Source of the DNA: Eledone cirrhosa
Lineage: Eukaryota
Length of the DNA stretch: 64,000 nt
Direction: 5' to 3'
Assembly: GCA_964016885.1 (NCBI GenBank)
Contig: OZ024740.1
Span: 219,914,001-219,978,000 of the forward strand
Part shown: positions 52,880 through 64,000 of the stretch, piece by piece
Layout: the number at the start of each line of letters is the position of its first letter
Position numbering within the stretch: position 1 is the stretch's first letter
Translations under genes and position numbers: made by a program
The notes under the pieces: generated by a model
What the model saw: the letters and a program-made list of their open reading frames with translations, nothing else
The model's database searches: none
What the model was told of the DNA's origin: nothing

Positions 52880-53126
52880 CATTGGTCTCTAGTTTGCTTT
52901 GTTCGTGTTCTTCAAGAGATCCTCTTCGAGAACCAGCCTGTGATCCTGGACGTGAGTTTGGTCTGGATCCTTGTTGAGATAAACAGGCTTCTGCATGCTG
53001 GGCAATAAGATCTCTTTGAGCATTCACTGGCAATCCTTTCAGAATTTCTGGATCTGGTGGTTTTACGAGGCTCATTGCCAAGGGAGAAATACGAAATACA
53101 CTTTCCATTTCTTCAGAAGTAACAGG
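52880..53126 (-). CDS. SVIL: Supervillin-like exon (PVTSEEMESVFRISPLAM...SRRGSLEEHEQSKLETN), phase 0/1
   Basis: Acceptor ttttccattgtag|CCTGTT and donor AATG|gtattg. The frame is open (ORF 52809..53108) and the phase matches the next exon. Confidence 0.75.
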
Positions 53127-54749
53127 CTACAATGGAAAAATAGAAATAGCAAATGTAATACCCTTTTTCTAAATTTAAGACGTTCTTATTTACATGACTA
53201 TTTAACACAAAAAATACAAGAATAAAATATTAGATACTTAATATAATGCTTAAGGACTTTGAAACAAAACATTAAGAATAAATTGCTATAATTTAAAAAG
53301 AAAATTAAGTTTAGTTAATGTAAACATAAGAATTTAATTTAATCCATGCAATATTTCATCAGTATGATTCAAGTGTTAGAATATTTTAGTTTCTGATAGC
53401 TATTAGTAGCTGAAAGTAAAATTGTCAAAAAACTGTTAAAAATTAAATTAAATAAAATCTAAAAAAAATTAATGTTAACATATTTAAATAAAATAATATT
53501 AAGTGAAAATAATATGGTATATCTTATTAATGAGGAAATACATTTCCAGCAACGCTTTTTTCTCTTACACCATCCACCCCCGCTAAAAAAAAATGAACAA
53601 ATAATAAGTAAAAAAAGCAAATTTAATTATACTATAGATCATTAGTTCTCAAACATATTTTGTTGTGGAACCCTTATATGTCTTCCCTAAATCATAGAAG
53701 CTTTATCCATATTTTATTACCTGTCTCCACCACACTAATTTTAATATGACAATAAATGAAATAAAAATTGTTTTAGACAGAGGGCTTATTCATATATATA
53801 TCATCATCTTCGTTTAACGTCCATCTTCCACACTAGCATGGGTTAGACGGGTGTATATATATATATATATATATAAACAATGAATTTATATACAATTTTA
53901 TTTAAGAAAAAAAACACCTTATTTTGAGGAACCCCAGAACTCACTTTGGGAAACAAACCCCACTGAACTCACTTTGGGAAACAAAGCCATAGCTATTCAC
54001 AGTATTAACCGATTTAATCTTATCACAGACTACAAAACAAGAGGCATTAAAATGTTTCTTAAAAACCAAATCTAAAGAAATTAATGAAATGTTTTTTTAT
54101 TCTTTTTACTACATTTCATAATGCTAGTGTATCTAATTTAGAATAGGTATTTCCCTGCATATCATAAGGGGTGACTAAAAAAGTCAATACTAGGCATGGT
54201 ATCCAACCATAAGATATAGGATATTGCTTCAAAGAGGATTCCATGATGCACAAGAAGTCTGTTATGGGCCCCACAAAGGTAACCACTATTTTAGCAAGTA
54301 AGATGGCTGTAAAATGCTTGGTGTACTTAAATCTCATAAGGAATATTACTTAAAATTTTACTGAGTTATATGAATATTCTTTGATCTGAAAACAATGTCA
54401 GGCATGATATTCAAGAAATACAAAAAATGGCATTACCCTCTATAGCAAACCTGTCCAATCCATGTAAGCATAGAAAAATAAATACTAAATTGCTAACAAT
54501 TATAATGATGATGACTTAACTGTCAATTGTTGAAAGTTGCTGATGGAAATTATTTGAAGTAAAAGATGACCTCATAACAAGTTAAAAAGTTAGATTTTAT
54601 ACAATATGGTTAAGATTTTAATAATTTTTTCCTAGATGCAGAGGTGACTGTGTGGTTAGAAATTTGCTTCACAACCACACAGCTTTAGTTTGATTCCACT
54701 GCACAACACTTTGGACAATATCCTGCAATAGCTTTGTGAGTTAATTTGG

Positions 54750-54789
<40 letters not shown>

Positions 54790-55785
54790 AGTGTGTGTGT
54801 ATGTGTCTATATCCTTGTGTCTTCATATCAACACTATTTAAAACCAAGTAAATGTGTTCCTATATGTTCCTTAACTAAGGTCATCAGTATATGCCATACT
54901 TAAAAATACAATAAGCGTTGACATCAGGAAGGTCAGCCAGCTGCAGAAAAGCTGCCTTAAAAAGTCTGGTCCAACCCATGCCAGCATGGAAAACCAGATG
55001 TATAAACAATGATAATGATGGTGATGATGATTACCACATCTACTTGCAATGGGTTATTTCAATGTTGACACAGGCTTTATACAAATAGCTGTTGATACTA
55101 AAACTGACCCAATTAAGAAGCAATTTATACACACAGCCACATACATAAAAGATTTTAAGCAAAGAATTTTCTAGATTAATGAATGATCAATGCTTCATTG
55201 TCAAAATTAACAAAGATTTTCTACTCTTCTTCCAGTTAATATAATTACTATATTTACCAATTATCAAAGGAATTTACAAACAAACTTTATTAATGAATTC
55301 TAACAAGTCTTGTTTTTTTTTTGTTTTCTTGTTCAGACTTTTGTGTAATTTTTTCTACATTTGAAGAGTAGATACCTTCTCATCAATTCTACTTACACAT
55401 CATACATAGTCATGCTTGTTTACATTGCCTACTGAACATTAACTCACAGCATACTCATTTATTAAAGCAAAGTTTTCTTATTAAATTAGATTAGATTAAA
55501 TTAAATTACAGCATGATACAGCATAGTCTTTTATTAAATCATAGCATAATACAAAGATTCTTTCTTATTACTGTTGATGTGTGGAAAATATAATTACTAA
55601 AAATAAGGGAAGGGGTTAATATTGTATGCAAGCAAGAATTGCTATTACTACTACTACTATTGCTGGCTTTAAATTCTGAAGTCGTCCTTTATTTTCTTAT
55701 CTTGTTTTAAAAGAATTTCATTTTTTAATGATTTTTTTTATGTGAAATTAATCAAACATCAAAATCTAATGAGTTACTGTATATA

Positions 55786-55913
55786 CAGGGTGATGCAAAA
55801 GTCATGTACCAGTAAAATAATACTCTACCATATCTTTACATTTGTTATTTTTTGTAAGTAAATGTGATGAACATTTTTGTGAGAGGGTGGTGCTTGACTT
55901 TTGTGCCACCCTG
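55786..55913. mobile_element. Tc1/mariner-type MITE (128 bp)
   Basis: TA|CAGGGTGATGCAAAAGTCA ... TGACTTTTGTGCCACCCTG|TA, with imperfect TIRs and a TA TSD. Confidence 0.75.
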
Positions 55914-57564
55914 TACACTGATAGATACATTGTCTCTCTAATTTACATATAACATTCTACAATGTACCATATATTTTGAATTAAGGTTTTGTAGGTCCAG
56001 TACAAATGACACATACTGTTTCTTCCACAAATTTTCATGAAAAAAAAACATGAATATATGCTGTACTTTCTTTTATTTGTTAATATAATCTGTTGTGAAA
56101 TGAATAGAACATCAAAATCTAAGAAGATAAATATTTTTATCAAAATTTTGTTCCTGAAATATAAAATATTGTTAATGAGTAGTTCAAAAAACATTTCAAT
56201 TGCTGTAAAAAAATTTATATTTTATAAATAAAACAAAACAAAAAAAACATTGCAAAAGATTTCCTCAACAATTTGTCCAACATTCTTCATTATTGGTACT
56301 ATGTTTGCAGGTCATTTTTAGCTGTGTGTGAAATTATGTAAAGGAATTCTAATAATATATTATTTGTTTTTTATGTATAACACATAGATACATATTTTTA
56401 ATAAATTTCATTGAAATACATAGTTTTATAAAGGTATGCAGCCTAGTAGCTAGGGGGTTGGGGTGAGTCTCGCAGCCATAAGGTAGTGTGTTGTGTCCTT
56501 GAACAAGGCACTTCATTTCATTTCACATTACTCCTGACTACTCAGCTGAAAATGAGTATTAGCAGCAGCTGTAGTTAAACTTGTGATAGACTAGCATCCT
56601 GTCCAATGGGGTGGGGATCTTCTTCTCTCAGTCATTTAACAGCACATGAAGCTGGGATAAGTTCCAGACTATATCCAAGGAAGAATGAACATAAAACAGA
56701 TAACACACACGCACACGCACACACACATACATGCACACACACACACACACACACACAGACACACACACACACACAACTCTTTGGCGGCACTTTAACATTA
56801 AAAGTGAAATGCATTATATCCATAATAAATGTTTTTTTTTACAATAAATTGTGCAAAGATTGATTGCAAACAACATGTTAATTTGATTAAAATGAAATTT
56901 GTGAAAGGGAGAGAGATTTTTTTTCTTTACATTAGTGCTTGGATTTTATGGGAGTGTCAATAATCAGAATAACATGCTTTTTCATGTATTGGATTGATGG
57001 GAATTTTATGTGATCTAAAGCTATTTTGCTTAAGAGAAGAACACAGATACATGCTAGTATTTTGAGATTAAACTAAACAAGATAACTGAGGGTATCAGGG
57101 CTTCACACAGGGTAATGGTAGGTAAAACATGATTTCAATAGGGTGAGGTAGAGCAGGTAAAAAGAACAATATTTCATGAATTAAAAGATAGTTTATATTT
57201 AATTGATATAAGTTTCTTCTATTATTGTTTCCATTTATTGAACTAAATGCTGAAATATTACACACACACACACACACATGCATACACAATGGGGTTCTGA
57301 TCTGGTGATCATAGTAGACCACAAGTGAGAAAGAACTCAATATCAAAATCAGAGTATTGTATACATACATTTGTTTATCTTCTTACATGTGCATGATGTT
57401 TCAGAAAAGCACGTACTCAAAGAACTTTATTGCGGTTCAATAACTACAAGTTTGCTAAAATGACATGGCCATGTTGTAAGAACATATATATCATCATCAT
57501 CATCATCATCATTTAACGTCCGCTTTTCCCTGCTTGCAAATATTTTTTTTAAATCTACAACCAT

Positions 57565-57787
57565 TATCTCTTTCTCTCTTCTATCTTTCTCTCTCTCTAT
57601 TTATGAAGGTACCCGGAAAAACCCTGTATCTCAGAAACCCATGCTCTGATTTACGCGAAACTTATTTTATTCCATTTGTATTCCCATTTCAGAGGCAACT
57701 TCCTTTCAAAGTATTTTCCTATTGTGTGCCATTTGGGCTGTATTAACAGACAAGCACACAATCACAGAGTTTTAGTAGTATATAGAT
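57565..57787 (-). mobile_element. Helitron-like 5'-end fragment
   Basis: It ends gacaagcacacaatcacagagttttagtagtatataGA|t, similar to the 27150-27183 terminus. Confidence 0.4.
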
Positions 57788-58104
57788 ATATATACCACAC
57801 ACAGAGGGTGTCTCAAAAGTTAGTATCTATTTTGGTGTGCTGTTCAAAATAACAGTGACACTCTGTATGTATGTGTGTATATATATCGTCGTCATCATCA
57901 TCATCATTTAACATCCATTTTCCCTGGTAGTAAGGGTTGGATGGTTCATCTCAGACCAAGACAGGACATAAGCAGAGCTACTGACCTCTCAGACATATAT
58001 ATCAGCCTCATCATCCTCATTACCATTTAATGTCCATTTTTCCAAGTCAGCATGGATTTGATGAGTTGACCCTTGTGGGGCAAGTCAGATCAAATGAATA
58101 TGTT

Positions 58105-58174
<70 letters not shown>

Positions 58175-58649
58175 TACACACACACATTAATCATTAATTA
58201 CATATACACACTTCTTCAGCTTTTAGCTCAATATTACAATACATCAAGATGACTATATTAATTAAATTTAAGCTAGTTTTAATTCATGGGATATTGTTCT
58301 CTATGTATGTGGCTAGTGTTGTCCAACCTTTATATGATCTCGGAATTAGAAAGCTTTCTCTCTACTCAGCAAATTTCAGCAGCTACACAAATGTACTGAC
58401 AGCTAATGATATGACATTTGGTAAACATTCCCCATAAAGGATATAGGGTCAGTAATTTTATTTAAGAGGATTATTTATTCACTGAAATGTACTTCTGCCA
58501 TAACATCCCTTACCCCACAGAAAGTACACTTGTCATATTGAAGAATATTTATTTTCCTAAGAGAATTAATCTTATAACTGACAAGCCTCTTTGTTTAAAA
58601 TGACTATCTGCTAGATGAATTTTTGAACATCTGAATATCATATCACTAT

Positions 58650-58927
58650 GTTTATAGTAAATTTTTCTATATGTTTATGGTTCAATCTTCTATAAATTTA
58701 TAGTACATTTTTCTATGTGTTTATAGTACATTTTTCTATGTGTTTATAGTACATTTTTCTATCTGTTTATAGTACATTTTTCTATATGTTCATAACACAT
58801 GTTTCTATGTGTTTATAGTTCATTTTCTGTGTTTATAGTATAAGCCTTTATGTGTTTATAGTGCAATCTTCTATATGCTTTATAATACAATCTTCTATAT
58901 ATTTATAGTACATTTTTCTACATGTTT
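58650..58927. repeat. 23-bp minisatellite (gtttatagtacatttttctatgt), about 12 diverged copies
   Basis: Periodic gtttatag...ttctat units. Confidence 0.9.
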
Positions 58928-61766
58928 TCAAAATTGTTGAAAACTCTTCATTACATCTATATTGAATCCAAATAACTTTAACCCTTTTGATAACCAAACT
59001 GCCTGAAACTGCCCTTGGTTCTATGATACAAAACAACCTATCCTAATTTTATGTACAATATTTTGTCAAGCTATGTTCCAAAGACCAACTCAAGGAAAGA
59101 CAAAATAGATATTTGGAGTCCTAGGTACAGTATTCTAGCCAAATAAAGGGTGAGATTATCCCGGTTGGACTGTTTCGATCAGAGATATATTCAAACAAGA
59201 CTCAGCTGATTGTTGGTAGCATGTCATAGTCATCTGTGACCATAAAATTTAGCTATCAATCTATCTAGCTATAAATAGGTAGTAAACTGCTGTTGTTTAT
59301 AGAACTGAGTTCAACCCCTTCAGTGGGTATAGCTTGGATATAGTTGGATTCCAACCAGCTGATTGCTTGAGATACACTACATACAGTCTCTTGCAGTAAT
59401 CCTTCAATAAAATGAGTTATGACTCATTATATAATCCATTCAGTATGTGGTTTATATTCAGCAATAACTGTTGTTATGGAGTACTAAGAGAGAACTTCAT
59501 ATAACTTGTTTTGAAAGAATGTAGCTATGAATATCACTAGATAGGCTGTTAGGGAGGAGGTAGTCTTCACTGTTAGGTTTTGAGTTCAAAATCTTATTAC
59601 TGCTGCTACACAGTGTTGTTAGGCAAAAATAATTCTAAAACAATATTCTATTTTGGAATAAAAACAAATTATATATATACATAAGAATAATTTTAATCAA
59701 TACACAATAATATCGATCATATTGTCTGGCAATTACTTAATAAAACATTTGTGAAAAGAACTAGTCAGAGTATACACATCAGTTAATATTACTTAGACAA
59801 ACGTATCCAAGACCATGTGTAGACATATAGATATAAAGGCCAAAGAAAATCAAGAAGGCAAGCAATGAACTTACATGAAGATGGTATATATATATATATA
59901 TACAATCTTCGCCTTCCTGATTATATATAATCTGGATTCTTTTGTTGTCCTCTCCTTAGCAATATTATTATTCTAAATATAGTTATTTTTTACTAAACGC
60001 ACTTACATGGTGTACAGATCTCAACTAAGTTTCTACACTCATGCTAATACAGACTTTAATAAAATATATCAACAAATATCTGCTTCATGGTTCACAATTC
60101 TTTTTATGCTGTGTTTATCTGACAAGAATCTTTCATTTTCATTAAAGTGTACAAATCTAAAATTATTTTTCAATATAAGTAATTTAGAATTTTCCTGTTT
60201 TCTACTTCTCAGTTACCCCCAATGCACCTCCTTATTCTCACTTACTAATAACTGAAAGATTGTCAGTCAATCTGAAGTTTCCTAAGAACAGTATTTGAAG
60301 TAATTCTTACAGCGTTTAGCTATCTTTATTTTCTTCATCCCCTTATTCCTGGAAGGGTTATGGTAGCAGAGTGCTTAGACATGCCTTCACAAGGGTCCCA
60401 TCAGATGCAACTGTCTCCAATTGATCTGGCTGGATACTCAAGTGCAACCAATCAAGCTCGTGGATGTTATCAAACCCTATTGCTTATGGTCTGCCTCTGG
60501 GTCTTCTGCCAATTGGCTTTGCCCATAAAATCTGTTCAGTAATTATTTTCTTAGACATTTTAACTATAGGTCTGTAGTGTGATCTCTCAATTTGGAGTGA
60601 CACCCTGATCTCTGAGCAACACACTATCAAGCAACATTACTTCAAAGACCCTTCATAGGAACCCCATTTCAGTCATTTGTATTTGTGATCATATTCCTTT
60701 AGTCATTACCCAAGATTCGTAATCATAGGTAAGGGTAGGCACAGAAACTGAATTGAAGGTAGTGAGTTTGGCTTTTACACGTACCTCCCTTCTGATGTTA
60801 AGAGTGCTGAAGCTGGTGCAATACTGCACCAGTTCCAGCAATTCTTGCATTTAATTCCCTCCCTGGCTGCACGCTTAATAGTGTCGACTTAGTACCACTT
60901 ATACAAACACATACTAGAAATCTTCCTATATATATTCTTTATAACATAATTTTTTCTACTAAATGCACATTTTATTTAATAAATCTGATTTTATATATTT
61001 TATTTATTTTGGTTGAACTGCACAAAAGCATAGTAGATAAGTGGTTACATGCTGAGTAGAAAGACAATCATTTGACACTGCTACAACTATTTCTCTTAAC
61101 TTAAACTGAAACTACCATAGCTAGCAATAGAATTTCACAGAGTTCACATTATTAACATAATGTGATAGGTGTAACCTAACTCACAAACTCAAGAGCAAAC
61201 AGATGTTAAATGACTTACAAGACAAATATCTTGATACTGATAATAATAATAATGATGATTGCAATAGCATGTGAAGAGATGCATATAATAATACTACAAC
61301 CAGTAATAAAAGGTTATGTTTCAACCTCTTGTATATAATGTATAAATATATCATATACAACTGTTAAATATTTATAGATGACATCTAGAAACTTTACTTG
61401 TTAAAAAAATAATATGAATGAGAAAAATTGTTCCCAAGCATCCTAATGAAAACTTTTATACCCCTGGTGTTCCAATTTTGAAATAATTTAATATATTCAA
61501 GACAATATATGTTAATAAATCCAATTATATGCTTGAAGAAATTGAGAAATATTAATGTCACAACCTTACATTTATCATTCCTTCCCTTGTAAAATGTATG
61601 ATTCTAGTCTATTTCAGATGTTGTTCTTTACAGTAATATCAAATACATTCCATCATTACAGAGAAATACATGAACTAAGCACAAAACATGCATTCAGTGC
61701 TATAGCTAAAATTAGTGAAATAGGTCATGAGCTTTGTGCATGCCTGTGAATAGAGAAAGCAGTTAC

Positions 61767-61790
61767 CTGAGAAACCCTATTTTTTTGAGC
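61767..61790 (-). CDS. SVIL: Candidate 24-nt microexon of the supervillin-like gene (AQKNRVSQ, phase 0/0)
   Basis: Minus strand reads tttttccatttccag|GCTCAAAAAAATAGGGTTTCTCAG|gtaact, with a good acceptor and donor. The terminal Q joins in frame to PVT of the next exon, giving RVSQPVT, similar to the supervillin R-x-x-TQPVT motif. Confidence 0.6.
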
Positions 61791-64000
61791 CTGGAAATGG
61801 AAAAATGCAGTGGTGCATGATCATATCCAACAGCAAAAGAGTAAAAGCAAAGAGAATTGTTATTGGTGTTAAATAATAATTTCAAAAGTTATGGTGAGGC
61901 AGCCAGAGTATTGGTGCTGGTTAGAATGTTTCTATTCAAAACATTTTCACTGTAAAAATGTTTATCAATAATAAATAAATTTTTTTTTTCTTTCATAAAT
62001 GATATACTGGAAAAAAAAACAATTTTATTAGTAATCTTCTCTAAAATCATTATTGATTTGAGATTTCTATAGAAAATATACAGATTTGTGATTAAGAGAA
62101 TCATTTTCAAACATCTTTAGATAAACTCATACAAATATACGCGTTGAGCTCACAATAACCTTCAAAGGTAGCTATCCTGGTAAGATTACTTCTGTGTAGA
62201 TTTAAGTCACAAATGAATTTGTTTCTTTCCAGAATTTGCTTCAATTTAAGTTTTTCAAATATAACCCAATCACAAACTAAATTTCATAGCTTTTGCTCAA
62301 TATGCAGTTCAACTAATCTACAACTACTAGTCCTATTAAAAAAACAGTCATTTATATATTTAAATTTGAAATATTTTATTAATTTGTTTTAGGAATCTAT
62401 TCCATCATATTTCAATAGGCAGGATATGTTTTGGAAAGTTTTATGTTTGCATGATATAACTAAATTGTTCAAGAAAATAAATTTGTTTCTGCTAAAGATA
62501 TCTTAACTTTAATTCATTGCTACCATTGCATCAGCCTGTATACTTCCAAGGCAAGCATGGAATACATATTTTTCTCTCACTTTAGTTTTGTAGCTATCAC
62601 TGCTATTTTTAGCACGTTAGTTACCTGTTAACTTTGCAGGAACTGAATAGATGGAATCTTTTCAATGGTAGTTGTCACTTCAAAAATCTTTATTAGACAT
62701 ATACACATCTCACTTCATACTAAGTGTAGTATAGCAATTGGAAGAAGGGCCTGGATGGATCAACCAACTAATCAATCAAAATTAAGTTGGTTTTTTTTTA
62801 TAATGAAATTGTGTTTTACTGGAATGCTTTCAATCCCTTTTTTTTATTTATATCCATCATTCATATAAACATGAGAAAACTCAGCCATTAAAACAACAAA
62901 ATGCTGTCATCTACTGCTTGAAGTCATATTACAATACTATATTCATAAGAATTTATATCATATCTGAAAATGTATGCATAAATTTCACTGACCAAGTCAA
63001 AATACAAATTTCTATAAATTATTAAATCTTATTACTCCAAATGATAATTTTTGCTTGAATTTCTTAAATAGGGAACTATCCTTATTCTATATTGATATAC
63101 TTAAACTAGTGTCCTCATCTTCATTGTTATAGAAACAACATATTTACTTTACAGGGACACCTCTCATGAACTAAGCCTCAGTCAAAAGCAAATTGTCTAT
63201 TCCATAGAAACCATGGTCCATGTAGAGACAGAGAAATCAGGTATGGCTTATCATTTGTGAAGAAGCAAAAGGGAGTTGCACACACTTGTGGAACAAAGTC
63301 AAGATAATAGAGAGGGAGCAAGACTGGAAGATAAGAATAAGCCAAAGAATGCTGAAGCTTGGCTCTGGTAGCCTCCTCAGTATTCCTAGCGCAGAGATGA
63401 ACACCATAAGGGAGTCTTTAATTAAGAAACAAAGAGCATTAAGCCATAAGTAAAAGTTGAGTTTAAAGCTTCTAATGTCCATCAGCTAATTGTTTAATTT
63501 GCATATTGAATAGAAGTGTTAATTAAGTGTCAAGTGCTGCAGTTTACTTGGTAGGCTTGAGCTTGAATTCAATCTCTGGGTCAGTGAATATACACTGGTT
63601 CAAGAGAAATGAGTCAGTGGCATCACAACTTTGAAAATAACTAATATGAGAACATCCTTGACATGAACAAGGAAATTAGAGTCACCTAACCCATCATTGG
63701 TTCAGTTTGAAATTCTGAAGCACATACCACCCAAAGAAAGATGGAAACTTGTGATGACAACATCCAAGACAAGGACATTAAGAGTGTTTATAATAATCTA
63801 TTTGTCTGTCACTAGTCAGCTGATTCTTCTATATAACATACTTAACTTTCAAACTATACCTAAAAGCTCATGTAAAGGTATAGCAGTTGTCTCTTCTTTA
63901 AGGCTTCTAATTCCTTAACCAGCATAGCAACCATCTGGAATGTATTTATTTCAGTCTCCAGCTGGTTGTAATTCAAAACACAGACTAGATTTAGAATCAG

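Noticed and set aside
58650-58927. 23-bp periodic repeat as a CRISPR array or iterons
   Set aside because: It is a plain diverged tandem minisatellite without spacers.
62625-62642. 18-nt AG...GT microexon candidate on the minus strand
   Set aside because: It contains TAA in the phase-0 frame needed to join the downstream exons.

Overview
This is eukaryotic, AT-rich, microsatellite-dense genomic DNA. The SINE/LINE repertoire and repeat content suggest a cephalopod, probably Octopus (inference). The whole window lies inside one minus-strand gene encoding the N-terminal half of a supervillin-like protein (motifs Q|PVT, SVAER|LVALKNSGEHDWKKRV, FTVAGK). I can splice nine exons in frame, including a candidate 24-nt microexon at 61767-61790; the gene starts and ends outside the window. 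The introns hold a 5'-truncated, stop-free RTE LINE (45640-47188) that has a PHD-type zinc finger inserted just after its RT core and that split a tRNA-SINE. They also hold an internally deleted DD37D (maT) Tc1/mariner element, non-autonomous Helitrons, nested TTAA (piggyBac-type) and hAT MITEs, several SINE families, and about 25 RTE-type 3' tails. A recurring (TA)n-hairpin-tail-(TA)n structure resembles Penelope-like termini, and two hammerhead-ribozyme-like cores occur (one inside such a structure). I found no prokaryotic systems, CRISPR arrays, rRNA or intact tRNA genes. All calls were made by eye without database searches, and repeat coordinates are approximate unless termini or TSDs are quoted.
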